DNA of 64,000 bases from Octopus bimaculoides (taxonomy: Eukaryota): contig NC_068988.1 of assembly GCF_001194135.2 (NCBI RefSeq), forward strand, positions 43,562,029 to 43,626,028, read 5' to 3'. Under the pieces are notes generated by a model. It ran no database searches. It had not been told where the DNA came from and saw nothing but the letters and a program-made list of their open reading frames with translations. Both the position numbers and the translations under genes were made by a program. Every line of letters begins with the position of its first letter. Position 1 is the stretch's first letter. This document shows positions 24,606 to 38,325 of this stretch, piece after piece.

Positions 24606-26099
24606 ATGGCTATTACAATCCATTTCTAGTGACTTAGAAGAAAAAGGGCACCTTTTAAAAGCCTCCTAGATTTATGAGAGAAAAGGAGGAAATTATCCTC
24701 AGACTGGAGTCCTGGCTCGAATGTTTTCAACAGAGTGGACTTCACTAGAGACAGCAATGGGCCGAGTAATATCGTTAAAGCGTGCGACTGATCCAGTTTC
24801 TCATTCCCATCGGCTTCCATACAGTTTTTACTAAACCAAATTTCACTCACGAATCTTTGGCCCACCTGACACAATGACAGTTGATACTCTCACGCTGTCC
24901 TACACAATGTGGCTAAGCATGAAACCATTATTTTTGCGAAGCAAATTTCTTATCCCTGTAAATGTATCTGGATATATTGCGCATGGCGACCCGATGATAT
25001 GTATTTTTGGAGTTCAATATCTCCTTAAACACTGACATGCAATGATTTAACGTATTCAGTCTCGGAACACCAATATCAATATTGATTTTAAAGTCTCTTT
25101 TGTTCACGTAAAGAAATTTGAGTTGGATGATAAGTTCTAAAGACGGTAAATAAAATAAAAATATAGAATATAAAAAAAGTAATGGAAGCGTATAAAAGTA
25201 TATAACTTTATCAAGAGGATTGAATCATTAGATTGACTATAGAACCAGTCAGTCTGTTCCAAGAATCTTATGCCTTTTTGTAATGAGTAGCGATAAGAAA
25301 TAGGATTCTGAAAATAAAATAAAATAAACTACTTCAAATAGAGAAAAAAAATGTAGATAATGTCAGTGAGACAATTGAAAACGCTTAAGGTTTCGAATTA
25401 AACAATTCTGAATTAAAGAAGATATCAAAGGAAGTCTATAAAAATATACGCGATTATCATCATCATCATCATCATCATCATAATCATCATCATCATAATC
25501 ATCATCATCATCATCAAGCGAATGAGAAAGCATCTAAATTTGCAGAAATAAGCAGTAAAATCTCTTTCAAATCACATCCTTTTTTCTTAAAGAGATTCAC
25601 ATTTGATAATATAAATGTTAAAATAGTTTTATGTCTGTAAAGATTAGATGGGATCGTCACGGAAGGAACCACTTTGAGCATTGGTTTACTCTGTCGGGTC
25701 TGTGTTCTTGTTGGCTGACAACATTATCGTTGTTGATCAGTATAGTAATTTTCTTGAATCAATATTTTTTTGTATAGGTCAGTTATGAAGAGTTAAAAGG
25801 AGAGGCAGTGACCATTATCTTTGAAGACATACGCAGACTTTGTGAGATCGATGAAGTTGATATTCAGTTTAATCTTATCTTATTCCATTCAGTCATTAGT
25901 CGAGGGAAGATTGATTGAATGGAATGTTTTGACAAGCCACCAATCTACATATTAGTTTCCAATATCGCCGAGCGTTACGTTTTTGTTTCTCTGACTCATA
26001 CACTGGAACCATGTTGTATGTGCAGAGGTGTATCTAATTATTTCAACCTGTGCCTTGGCTGTGTCTAGGTCCTAAACGTACAGACGATAGTACTATAAG

Positions 26100-26380
26100 C
26101 TTTACAACTCACAATTTCGAGAACATCTCCCAGTATTTCCTCTAGCGTTTTTTCCCAACTGCTGTTTTTATGGTCATTAGAAACCATTACTGCTTTTCTG
26201 ATGACACAGATATGTTATTTTTTCTTTACTCCTTATTTTTCTCTTTACGCTCAAGGAATAAAAGTCTGTCTTCGTACAATTCTCAAGGTGATTTTCTTTT
26301 GGAGCTTTGCCAGATATAAAGATTGTATGTGTTTGACGAAGAGACAGAGTTAGCTGTTTTAACTCTGTTACTCTATGCAT
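26100..26380 (-). mobile_element. Possible very old LINE AP-endonuclease relic
   Basis: Minus-strand IFISGKAPKENHLENCTKTDFYSLS...KEKITYL resembles the ISAYAP...FY..L motif of RTE-type endonucleases. Weak. Confidence 0.3.
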
Positions 26381-26899
26381 TGTTTAACATTGTCTAACAT
26401 TGTCTAACATTGTCTGTGCGCGAGCGTTGTTGTTGTTGCTACCGCTATGGTTTGAAATATTCGTTAACGTTCGAAATATTTTTTTCTTTAAAATATTCAT
26501 TTTAAATGTTAATCATTCATTAACTAAATGTTTTTAACTTCCTTCTTTTCATTGTAACTATACATTCTGTGGCGCAATTTTTTTTTTGTGCTGTCTTTTA
26601 TGTTTTGCACGTTGTTGTATATTCGGTTGATGAATCTGGTAGACATTTTAATATAAAATATCGTCAAAATATAAAACAAATGAAGATACGTGTAAAACAC
26701 AAAACTCTTTTGTTTACTTCTGGGTATCAGTTGATCATCCAAAGATAATTAAAATTTTGATTGGCAATTATTAGAAAGGAAGAATTTTCGTTTGAAATTG
26801 CCATAGAGAACTAGAATCTGAGAGCGATGTAAATAAAAAAATGTGTGAAAGCTAGGTTAGTCAATAATGATGATAGTCATAATAATAATTCTTGCTAAT

Positions 26900-27040
26900 C
26901 TTGGAACAAAGCCAACAATTTCGAAGAGGAATTGCTAGTCAGTCACATTGACTCCAGCGGTCAGCTGGTATCCGCAGAATAAAAAGAAAGCGAAATACCG
27001 CTAAGCTTTTCGCCCGGTTCTGCCAACTCCTCGCCTTTCA
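26900..27040 (-). mobile_element. SINE family C fragment
   Basis: cgaaataccgctaagcttttcgcccgg..ctgccaactcctcgcct is the reverse complement of the family C head. Confidence 0.7.
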
Positions 27041-27220
27041 ATAACTAATGACAATAAAACGAAATACGGCAGTTTCTGAACCACTTTATGAAATTAGGTT
27101 ATCTAACTTCCTTATTTATTATTGATCTTTATTTCTTTATCCCTAGTTTATCCTAAGATTGACCAGAATTGATCACCTTGATCACTTACCCCATTTATAA
27201 CTCGAAAGGGTGTGATCAAA

Positions 27221-27843
27221 CCCTTGGTGGGCCGGTGGGGTTGAAATTACACAAAAGGCCATTGGGGTCTCGAAGGACCCCCTTTTATTTTTGCGCGTTT
27301 CCGCACTATCCATAAAGTGTTATTTGTTTAATCTTGTAATATATGTGTGAGTGCATGATGCAGAGCAAGAAATTTAGCATTTTATAGGAATCTATTTGTA
27401 ATTAGAGATTAATGGAGAGTAATTAATATATAATTTATTGAATGAAAAAACCTATATTGAAAGAAATCAACATTCTTTATAGTTTTATAAACTATACATA
27501 TAGCACTAAATATAAAACAATACAAAATTATTTAGTATATCGATTCATACCAATACAAACACGAAGAAAATTGATTTATAGTTCATCAGAATATCTGAAA
27601 AAAGTACTGAAAAAAAAAGATTTCACAGAAGGCTAATGGGGTCCAGTTGGACCCCAATCGCCCATATTTTATGCTAATACATCCACATGACTGGAAATTA
27701 TTAACTCGAAATTTATATGTGCATACATAAACTATTGACAATAAAAGTCACGAGATATAAAATCATTTATATAAAAAATATAAAAGTTGCGTAACTTCTA
27801 ACATTTGCTGGGGTTCCAAGGTACCACACCGGCCCACGAAGGG
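27221..27843. mobile_element. piggyBac-like non-autonomous element (CCC...GGG ends, TTAA at right junction)
   Basis: TIRs at 27221-27241 and 27823-27843 match at 19/21. TTAA at 27844-27847; the left flank reads caaa (degenerate). Internal GGGGTC-N6-GACCCC palindromes at 27264-27281 and 27638-27655. No transposase ORF. Confidence 0.7.
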
Positions 27844-28469
27844 TTAAGAGAGATTTAAGATTTGCGATTCAGCTACTTTGTTTTCTTTCAAGTCGAGGCG
27901 ACAAATTAAGAAGATCCTATTTTCTATATTCCGATTGTTATGTAACCGTTGCTTTGTAAACCATTTTTTCGGAAGTGTTACTTTGGCGCAAAAAAGATAT
28001 AATCATTGAAACTTTCAGTAACAAATATAAACGCAAAAAAAATATAAAGTTACAAACAAAATAACTAAAAGAAAGCTTAATATTGCTTAATCTGAGAACG
28101 TTAGAAAATATTTTCTGTCAACGAAAATAACTGCATTTCTTAATCTTATCATATCTCGTTATTTTTCTGTCAATTTTCATTCAAATTCTTATAAAACAAT
28201 TAACATGAAATTCAGTGTCTGTGAATATTTGAAAAGTGTGACTTAATTGCTGAACAATTGAAGGGTGAGACTTAATTAAAACAACGTAAGACACATGAAA
28301 TGTGTTGGAATTCACTATTACAGGTCTATTTATGGCGTTATTTTTCTGTTTTTTGCAAATAATATTTTCCCATTTATTTTTCGATATTTTCGCATTTTCT
28401 AATTTCACTTTTTAAGAACATCCATTTCTGTACTGCTGCATGTCTGTAATTAAGTTCTATCAATATACG

Positions 28470-28506
28470 TACACACACACTCACATACACGCACGCACGC
28501 ACGCAT

Positions 28507-28598
<92 letters not shown>

Positions 28599-28791
28599 TC
28601 CCACATATTCACACATTCACGCACACACAAACATACACACACGCTCACATAATGCCTTCCTTTTCTCTTTCTCTTCCCTCTATATATTTATATACCTATC
28701 TCTCTACCTATTTGTGTCTCAATCAATTTATGATCCTCTCTCATTGCTTATTTCTCCCTTCCTATCGCTTTTCTTTTTAGTTTCATTCGTC

Positions 28792-28879
<88 letters not shown>

Positions 28880-28902
28880 ATATATACATATATAAGCATA
28901 CG

Positions 28903-28936
<34 letters not shown>

Positions 28937-29044
28937 TGTATGTATATATATATATATATTTTCCTTTCCCGAGCGTCCAATAACACTATCTGTATCACGT
29001 CCTCACTTTGTTGTTTTTTTGTTATTGTTTTTTGTGTTTTTTTT

Positions 29045-29105
<61 letters not shown>
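28470..29105. repeat. Microsatellite cluster: (CA)n, (TATC)n, (TATG)n, (AT)n
   Basis: Directly visible. Source of several spurious ORFs. Confidence 0.95.
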
Positions 29106-29115
<10 letters not shown>

Positions 29116-30414
29116 ACTTGGGGATGGTCATATTGCCAGTTTAGCCAATAAAAACACACGCACTGTATATTTGGTGTTAATTTGCTTCAGCTTTATATTA
29201 CATTATATATATATATATAATAACTACATATGTACATAGATACATATATAGATACACAAACATATGCGACTATATTTGTCTTTCGTTTATCACCTCGCTT
29301 TCTCGACAATCAGTAACATTAATCGAAGCTATCAACCAATGTTAGATTAATCGACCTATTTACGACCAAAGAAGTTAGTTAATGAACTTCAAAACGAAGG
29401 AAATGGTTGTAGAGTGTTTTTAGTGAAGATAAAAACACACAATCAGGAAGTATTAAACGGCAAAGAATAGCCAGACAAGTAGTTACTTAATAACATAGCT
29501 ATAAACATATATATATATATATATGCATATAACTAGCGTGCTAGATAAATATATAAAGGGAATATATTATTAGGAAATGAAAAGGAGCTAAGGAGCTATA
29601 GAAACCAGGAACTTGGAAAAGAAAAGAGAAGCAAAAGAATAAAAGTTAGGAAATATTTAAAGAAAAAGAAACGAAAGATGTAAATGAAAGAAGGAAAGTG
29701 AAAAGGAATTTTTAAAGAAAAAATAGAAGAGAAATAAAAATAGAAAAGAATAAAAGCAGAGAGAAAAGTAAATGAAGCTTCTATAGAAGTTAACTGTAAA
29801 TTGAATGTTTCTAATCGGATAACATTAATCAATTATAAGAAGATTATCTGCAAGAAAATTTAGAACAAGCTCCATGAATAGAAATGGCATGCTGGAGGGA
29901 CATTTAGACATTGTGTCATCTCTATTCGTATACACTGTTTAATGTATGGTTTGTGTTTTTAAAATGTGGTTAGATTGCTGGTTATTGCTTGTGGTTCCCC
30001 TATGAGTTCGGATAGAGATGAAACTTCCAAATTGGGCTTTGTCACATGCTATAATTAGGATTGTTGGGCAGTCTAAAAGATTCCATTAGTATAATTTTTG
30101 TTTTGGTATATATGTATGCGTGCCTCTTCTATCTTTTAATTATTATATATCTTCTACTGATGAGGGGGTCAGTTTCCAACAAAGAAACAAGGCTCCATTC
30201 TGGTGATGTAGTTAACACAGACAAATTCACATTTGGAACTTGAGAAAAGTCTTGCGTATTTTTACTGTTCCACTCACCGATTGCACTTGTAATGTACGAA
30301 TTAGCCGGTCAATTTCCCTTTCTATTACAAAATAGAAAATCCCAGTTTATCCAGATTCCCCTTTAAGCATTTACTAACAAAACCTAGTGCTCCAATTATT
30401 ATTGGTATGAATAT

Positions 30415-30785
30415 GGAGGCATAATGGCCCAGTGGTTAGGGCAGCGGACTCGCGGTCGTGGAATCGCAGTTTCGATTCGCAGACCGGGCGTTGTGAGTGT
30501 TTATTGAGCGAAAACGCCTAAAGCTCCACGAGGCTTCGGCAGGGGATCGTAGCAAACCCTGCTGTACTTTTTCACCACAACTTTCTCTCACTCTTTCTTC
30601 CTGTTTCTGTTGTACCTGTATTTCAAAGGGCCAGCCTTGTCACACACTGTGCCACGCTGAATCTCGCTGAGAACTACGTTAAGAGTACACGTGTCTGTAG
30701 AGTGCTCAGCCACTTGCACGTTAATTTCCCGAGCAGGCTGTTCCGTGATCGGATCAACTGGAAACCTCATCGCCGTAACCTGTTT
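30415..30785 (+). mobile_element. tRNA-derived SINE family B1
   Basis: A-box tggcccagtgg at 30425-30435 and B-box-like gtttcgattc. Collinear with the copy at 38812-39199. Confidence 0.9.
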
Positions 30786-30834
30786 TGTCTCTTTTGTCGA
30801 ACCGGTTGATGTGGGAACAAACCGAAATACATAG

Positions 30835-30990
30835 ACATACAATGAGTTTCCAGGCAAACCACTCACAAGGCTTTGATTATACCGAGGATATAGTCGAAGG
30901 CATTTACTCAAGGTGTCGCGTAAGGAGACTGAACTCAAAACCACGTGGGTGCAAAGCGAGCTTCTTAACAACATAGCTTTGCTCATGTGT
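30835..30990 (-). mobile_element. SINE family A, 5' half, degenerate
   Basis: ccactcacaaggctttg...caaggtgtcgcgt..gactgaactcaaaaccacgtgg...gcgagcttctt matches the family A head region in reverse. Confidence 0.7.
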
Positions 30991-31732
30991 AATGTTTCAT
31001 GAGGAATTGAACTAAATACTTAGGTTATATGAATATATTGTGACAACAATGCGAAAACAGTCTCCGTAAAAGCAGAACGTGTCTGTGTTGAAAAGCATTG
31101 TGTATTGGCGAAAGTATTCTGCTAGCATTAAGCACGTGTGTTTCGTGATTTAAGTACGTTGACGTCATGAGAAACTTGTTAACAGATAGGACGTTATTTT
31201 TGTGATAAGGCAACACGAATAGAACGAGGGGAGTAGTGTTTGATAAATATTGAACTTACTAGAATTCAGGCAAATTAGGTGAGAGATAAGTTGTCTGTAT
31301 TTATCGATGCCTTTAATGACTTTTGCTCATTCCTTGCAGATTTGTTCTGTTCTGTCATTATTGATCTGCATCATGTTTGAAAAGTTGACTGAGCGCATTC
31401 GCGGTCTTAGCTGAAATCTCTTTACATAGAGACGATGTTATCAAACTGAAATGAAATGGTGCGATACACAGGCATCGGACTGAAGACTAGGACATGATTT
31501 TAAGAAGTAGGAATTTCATTCAAACATAACCGATTTACATTTCGATTCTCCGAATTCGGAATGGAATTCTAAAACTTGAGTATGTGAATGACTGAGATTC
31601 GGTTAAACGTTTCTGAATTTGCTTTGATCTGAACCGCCAGGTAAAGAACAGACAAGAACAAAAACCGACCCTGGATAAAGATAAAGATAAGATAAAAATA
31701 AAAGATTATAGAGAAGTCTACTCTGAACTGTG

Positions 31733-31786
31733 GGATTAGGGTTACGGTTAGGGTAGGATTAGGGTTACGGTTAGGGTAGGATTAGG
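31733..31786 (+). repeat. 23-bp tandem repeat (about 2.3 copies) built from TTAGGG variants
   Basis: ggattagggttacggttagggta at 31733-31755 and 31756-31778, plus a partial copy. Confidence 0.9.
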
Positions 31787-31834
31787 AATACCCCTTAACA
31801 TTTTATTTCTTACGTGTAAATAACCACTCAAATA

Positions 31835-32240
31835 TTGTGCTAAGTAGTAATATGCTTAGGAGCAGGTTCGCTCCCCAACCACATGACTACAGGTTCAGTC
31901 TCATTGTGTGGTACCTTGGGCAAGTGTCTTCTGTAGTCTCGGGCCGACACAAAAGTTTGTGAGTGGGTTTGATAGACGGAAACTGACAGAAGCCCGTCGA
32001 ATATGTCTATACCTACGCGTGACTTTGTGTCCGTGTTTGTCCCCGGCACCGCTTGACAACCGGTGATAGCGTGTTTAGGTCTCCGTAAATTAGCGGTTCG
32101 GCAAAAAGGAACCGATAGAATAAATACTAGGCTTCAACAAAAATACTGGGGTCGATTCATTCAGCTAAAATTTCTAAAGGTGGTGCCCCAGCATGGTCGC
32201 ACTCTAATGATTGAAACTTAGTAAAAGATAAGCGATAAAG
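31835..32240 (+). mobile_element. SINE family A copy
   Basis: cccaaccacatgactacaggttcagtctcattgtgtggtaccttgggcaagtgtcttc...cgcttgacaaccgg...ggtggtgccccagcatggtcgc...gtaaaagata. Confidence 0.9.
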
Positions 32241-32723
32241 GATACAAGCTAGTAGCATCAATTATTGTTCTTTGTACGACCGGTCCAACTGGAACATTTG
32301 ACCTTCTGATTGATCTATCGATAATCAAGGAAATCAGTAATTTAGAATAATACCTTGGTGTTGTGTGTGCACCAGTAAATGATAAAGATAAGACAGATTT
32401 CTGTTTTATGTTCAATGTAGCAGCAGCAGCAGCAGCAGCAGCAGTTTCTAACAATACTTTCACAGAACTATCTTGCGTCAAAATGAATATATTTTTATAT
32501 ACGTTAATCGATAAGTACTTAGGAAATATTACACATACACATGTATGTATGTATATGTAGATGAGTGTGTATATACGTATGTATTTATTTATACATAAAT
32601 AATAGATATTAGGAAAGAAAATATTTCCTTTCATACATACATGCATACATATACACACACACTTACACACACACGCACGCACACACATATGTATGTATGT
32701 GCATAGACACATCTACAACCCCC

Positions 32724-32774
<51 letters not shown>

Positions 32775-33454
32775 CCCTTGCAGGAAATAATAATTAGTGT
32801 TGTTGTAGTTGCTGTCTCCTTTATCAACACAATGTCTCCCGTATCACTAGATCTATGTCTCTGTGTCTCAGACAGACAAAATATTGTGTTGTATTGTTTT
32901 GTTTCAGTGTGCATAAGTATTCAAGTTAGAAACTTATATTAGCTTTTATAGTTTGTGTAAGTGTAAGGTTGTTTTTTGAAATTCAATACAATAGATTTTC
33001 CCTTTAGTCACAAAGAAGAATCAGTCTGTTGCTGATAGAATTTGAAGATATTTCAAATTTATTTTTTGTGTAATATTTCCTCCTCTTTTAGCTACAACAA
33101 TGGGCGATCAGCACATTCTAAATAATCATTTGTTAGCAGCGAAATCTGTGGTAATATGTGAAAATGTTAATTGTTAGTTGTCGATATACACCTTGGTTGA
33201 TGATGCTTATTAATGATGATAAGATGAAGGACGACATCAATGGGAATTTTAACTACAATAATTAGGATTAAGATTTAACTAATGACACTAATTAAGACAA
33301 TGATTGCAGAATGAAGATAATAAATATAAACAAAGAACGATGTTGCACTAAACACTCGTTGTCAACGCTCGAGAATCTATTTCTTAAAGTTGGCGAAAGA
33401 TGATGAAATAGACACGAAAGCAAAATCTGTTCTATACACCTCTCTCTTTTTTTA

Positions 33455-33526
<72 letters not shown>

Positions 33527-33981
33527 GTGAATATATTTATTTAACCACTCATCATTCTTGGGATTATGGCCGTTTCACAACCTTCATCATGTAATTATAG
33601 TTTCAGTGTTTACATGTCTGAATTAATATGCATTCTACAGAATTACATAATACAATTGTATATTTACAAATCAATGCAGATAAAGAAAGCTAGCTCATCA
33701 GATCACCAAATCATCGTGATTACGCCAATGCTTAAATTCTGGCTATACATACAAATTTTTATGATTACATGATGTAGGTTGTGAAACGGCCGTAATCCTA
33801 AAGATGGTAAGTGGTTAAATAACTATATTCGTTTCTCATTCCTCCTGTCATTTTATGTTTTATATATTCTTCCTGAAATATTCCCATCGATCGGATATCC
33901 TAGATTTTTGGTGCATAGAACACTGCATTATATTCCGCCGCATTGGATTACCATGCGGTCTGTTAGCCAAGTCCGCTGGAG

Positions 33982-34100
33982 AGGCTTTCTGTGATACATA
34001 TACATATAAGCATGGTAGAAAGGCTTTCTGTGATACATATACATATAAGCGATGGTAGAAAGGCTTTTTGTGATACATATACATATAAGCGATGGTAGAA
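33982..34100 (+). repeat. 40-bp minisatellite, 3 copies
   Basis: Unit aggctttctgtgatacatatacatataagc(g)atggtagaa; the first copy is 39 bp. Confidence 0.95.
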
Positions 34101-34490
34101 AGAAAGGGACAAATTAACGTAGGTAGAAATAGTAAACAAATAAAGCGAAATTGAAAATGCTTAGCGGCATTTCGTCCGTCTTCTTTTGTATAATGCCGTA
34201 TTGATATCAATATTAATCTCTTGTCTATTTGTATATCTACGTAAGTTTGGCATTATTGCATATGTGCCATGTATGTCAGTGAACATCATCAAAGCATATC
34301 AGTTGGAGTAAGTTCTCTAGGGACATTATTAAACAGCCTTCCTCGCTTCCCACATTAACCATAGCAACTACTGGTTGATTGCGTTATTTTGCTATCGGCC
34401 TTGTTCCATCTGTAACCTGATGCTGCGTTGTTTTGACCTGTCAACAAGATATCATATTTATATGTAGTTCTTAACTTTATTTTCTATGTC

Positions 34491-34848
34491 TTTTATCTTT
34501 TACTTGTTTCAGTCATTACACTGCGGCCATGCTTGGGCACTGCCATGAAGAAATTTTTAGTAGAGTGAATCAACCCCAGTACTTATTATTGTGTTAAGCA
34601 TGGTACTTATTCTATCGGGTCTCTTTTGCCGAACTGTTAGGTAACAAGGACGTAAACACACTAACACCGGTTCTCAAGTGGTGGTGGGGGACAAACAGAC
34701 ATAAAGACACACACGTAGGTATATTGATACCAAGGCTTTGGTCGGCACGAGACTATAATAGAAGACACTTGCCCTAGGTGCAACGCAGAGAGACTGAACT
34801 CGGAGCCACGTAGTTGAAAAGCAAGCTCCTTACCGCACAGCCACGCCT
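34491..34848 (-). mobile_element. SINE family A copy
   Basis: ttttatcttttacttgtttcagtcattacactgcggccatgct...gcaagctccttaccgcacagccacgcct. Confidence 0.9.
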
Positions 34849-35535
34849 TAACTTCATTTTTATATTTTTTTTATTTCTTAGTTCTTATTATTTATTTGTG
34901 ACCCAATTTAATTTTTATATTTAATTTTTAATTTTTTTCCTTACACATTTTATAAATTTTTATATTTCATATTTCTTTACCATTCTTTTTTAATATTTTG
35001 CATTTCTTTTATCCCCTTTACTCAATATTTTTCGGTTCCCGCTTATTTATTCCATTGAGGCATTCTTTTCTAAAATGTTGTTTTCCTAGTCTCCTATTTA
35101 TCAGTATTATTATTTTTATTCTTATTTATATAATCTACTTATATTTAATTTTACTTTTTTCTTATTCCTCTCTGAATGCTTTATATTTTGTTATTTCCTG
35201 CACGCTTGATTTTGCTCCAATCGCAATTTCTATAACAATTTATGTTATTACTTCTCCCTTCTCTCATGCACTGTCTCTATTACTGTTTGAGCATCATTCT
35301 TTCTCTCTCTCCCTTTCTCTCTCCCTCTCTCCGTCTCTCTACGAATATATATATATATATATGTACGTGCGTGTGTGTGTGTGTGTGCATGTCTGTGTCT
35401 GTGTCCGTGTGTATGTTTGTGTAGGGTTATTATTTTCATATTTCGATATTTACATCTGATGTGATGGCTTGTACTATTATGATCGAGGAAGCAATTGCAT
35501 TGAAAGACTCGGAATCAATAACTTGTTTTTTTGTG

Positions 35536-35607
<72 letters not shown>

Positions 35608-35679
35608 CAATTATATTTTTTCTTTATGGTAACATATTGCGCATGGCTGTTTATATTAATTTTTGTATATATATGTGTG

Positions 35680-35880
35680 CCCTGCCACAAAAATTAAGAA
35701 ATCTGCATAAGGTGGAAGTAGATGTCCTCAAAAAGGAACTAGACATCCTCCTCCTCTCCACAATGCCGGATGAACCGACAACCCGACATGAAGTGCAGAT
35801 GAGGGTAGCGGAATCAAACTCCCCTATATACCAAATGGGCCAACAGCTGGGACAAAGGCACATACAAGAGTGGCGATATA
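35680..35880 (+). mobile_element. 3' end of a CR1/L2-group LINE
   Basis: LPQKLRNLHKVEVDVLKKELDILLLSTMPDEPT...RVAESNS matches the usual LFN.LP..LRN...FK..LD..L..PDEP...A.SNS ORF2 terminus. Confidence 0.75.
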
Positions 35881-37244
35881 AAAGTGATGCAAAAGTTACT
35901 TCGCAAAAAGTTACCTCCCTTATCCATGTAGCCCACGAAAGGGTATCCTCTGCCCCCAGGCAGCCCGTTACTCATTATGTGAAAATTTTTTAAAGTCTAA
36001 AGCCATGTCTGGAACAAATGTAATGTATGTTCCAAGTTTGGAGAAAATCAGTGGAGAAACCAGTGTTGGTTTCTTTACTCCGCCATAACTCAGCGATTTG
36101 GCAAAAGAGATCGATAAGTATAAATACATTTTTTTTTATTACACTTAAATAAAATCATAAGTACTAGTGCCGTTTTGTTCATGTCACACATTTGAAGGTG
36201 GTGCCCCAGCACGGTCGCAGTCCAATGCGTGAAACAAATCAAAGAATAAATTTAATGTATAAAATTATGATTCTCAGTCATGTAAAATTATTCCTGGGAG
36301 TGTAGTTTTAAAATGTTCAATAGTTCTCATTCCATATTAACACCGAACCATTTTTTTATAGATATAATAAACAAAATATCGACCATTGTATTGAATAGTG
36401 TTTTAATGAATGTGCCGAGAAATTTTAGGAACGTTTATAGAATGAGCAGGAAAAAAAATAACGTGTATGACAAATATTGTATTAGTCAGGAAAGCAGCTA
36501 AAATATGTGATACTGAAACCACAATAGAAACTGAATTATATAAATACCAGAGAAAGTTAGTGTGTTCTGAAAAGTAAAGAAAAAGAACGAAAACAAAAAT
36601 AGAACAAAGAATAAACTTAACAATAGAACCCGGCAGGAGTGAATTTTTTATTAGATTTTACCGAATTCCTGTCACCAGTTATGAATAATCAAATTAAATT
36701 TCGAACGACAGAAAGAACTATATTTTCTCTTTCTCCATAATAATTGGCAACCGAAGGTTACAAACCATTTATTTCGTTTCTCCACAGAATCTGTTATATG
36801 AACAAGAGGATGTGTAATATTTATGTAACGAATTCAAGTCCTGCTTTGAGGATAGATAAGAAATCTTAATTGAAGGCAGTACAGTTGTAAAGATCATTTT
36901 TCTTCACGAAGATTCTGGAAAGTTATTATGTGAAACATACGTCCTGCTTAAATGGCATTTTTCGTCACGGTCGACGGTATCGCCACCTTTACTGTACCTG
37001 AGCTGTTTCCAGAAACAAGTGCCGAGCTCCAAGTACACTTACCACTTCTCCAGTTGTTGATACGCCGCGAAGGAAAGACGAGTCAATACCTTCGAGGCAT
37101 CAATGGAGCAGCAGGGGACGCCAGGTTTTGGTTAAGTATAACTGTACATATCTGTATTAGGGTCCCGTCGGATTTTCTGTAGAAGTTTATTCCCTTAAGT
37201 TTTTATAAACATTCACTAAATCTCCCCGTAAGACAGCAGGGGGT

Positions 37245-37830
37245 CATTATTCTTTTCTACTCTAGGCACAAGGCCCGAAAGTTTTGGGGAGGGGGCCAGT
37301 CGATTAGATCAATCCCAGTACGCAACTGGTACTTAATTTATCGACCCCGAAAGGATGAAAGATTACCTGGACAATGGTAGCCTTCAGTGAAGCTATGGTA
37401 TTGCGAGCATATTGGTTAGTCCCCCTTTCAACAAACTTCCAAACGTTGTAGTTCATGGGATTTAAGCCTGGTGAGTTTGGTAGTCACAAGTTTGGTTGCG
37501 GGTTCAGTCCCACTGTGGGGTACCCTGGGCAAGTGTCTTCTATAGCCTCGGCCCGACCAAAGCCTTGTGAGTTGACATGGAAACTGAAAGAAGCCCATCG
37601 TATGTATGTATGTATATATATATATATATGAGTACGTGTGTGTGTGTCCTTGTGTCTGTGTTTGTCCCTCACCACCACTTGACAACCGTAACTTAACAGT
37701 TAGGCAAAAGAGAATAATAGAACAAGTCCCAGGTCTGAAACAAAAAGTAATGGGGTCGAATCGTTCGATTAAAATTCTTCAATGTGGTACCTCAGCATGG
37801 CCGCTCTCTGAAACAAAAGATAAAAGATAC
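37245..37830. mobile_element. SINE family C tail fragment (minus strand, 37245-37362) and SINE family A copy (plus strand, about 37450-37830)
   Basis: 37245-37362 is near-identical to 55060-55170. 37500 onward reads ggttcagtcccactgtggggtaccctgggcaagtgtcttctatagcctcggcccgaccaaagccttgtgag. Confidence 0.85.
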
Positions 37831-38022
37831 ACACTGTAGAACACCGATGTATTGCTTATAAAGAACCATTTTATTTTTATTCCTGTGTTGTTTCCTAACT
37901 CCGCGTTCCTTGTTACCAGTGACGTCACTGGATATATTTTCATCCATTCCGAAGTTCTTGTAGCACTCCTCCACTGATATCTGAAAAATAACTTACAGCA
38001 TTGGTACGCATGTGAAGGCGCG

Positions 38023-38325
38023 TGATTTAGTGTATAGGGCATTCGCCACACGACCGTAAGATCGTGAGTTCGATTCCTTGCAGCGCATTGTGTCTCTCGA
38101 GCAAGACTTTATTTCACATTGCCTGAGTCTAGTCAGCCGACAAAAATGAGTTTCACTCGTAATTTAGAGAGCTAGTCCTGTTCTATTCTGTATCTAACTG
38201 AATCTTCCCGAGAAAGTACGTTAAGGGTCTGCGTGCCTGTGGATTGCTAAACCACTCGCACGTTAATTTTTCGAGAGGGCTATTCCGTTGATCAGATCAG
38301 CTGGAACACTTGTCATCTCATTGCT
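38023..38325 (+). mobile_element. tRNA-derived SINE family B2
   Basis: gtgaaggcgcgtgatttagtg...gatcgtgagttcgattcc head, with a 3' domain shared with family B1. Confidence 0.75.

Noticed and set aside
30150-30200. CTGATGAG...GAAAC hammerhead-like match
   Set aside because: Stems II and III cannot be formed; a chance match.
30415-30490. tRNA-like sequences at SINE heads (also 38812, 38023, 46522, 58230)
   Set aside because: They have A/B boxes but no complete cloverleaf or acceptor stem, and they continue into SINE bodies, so they are not tRNA genes.
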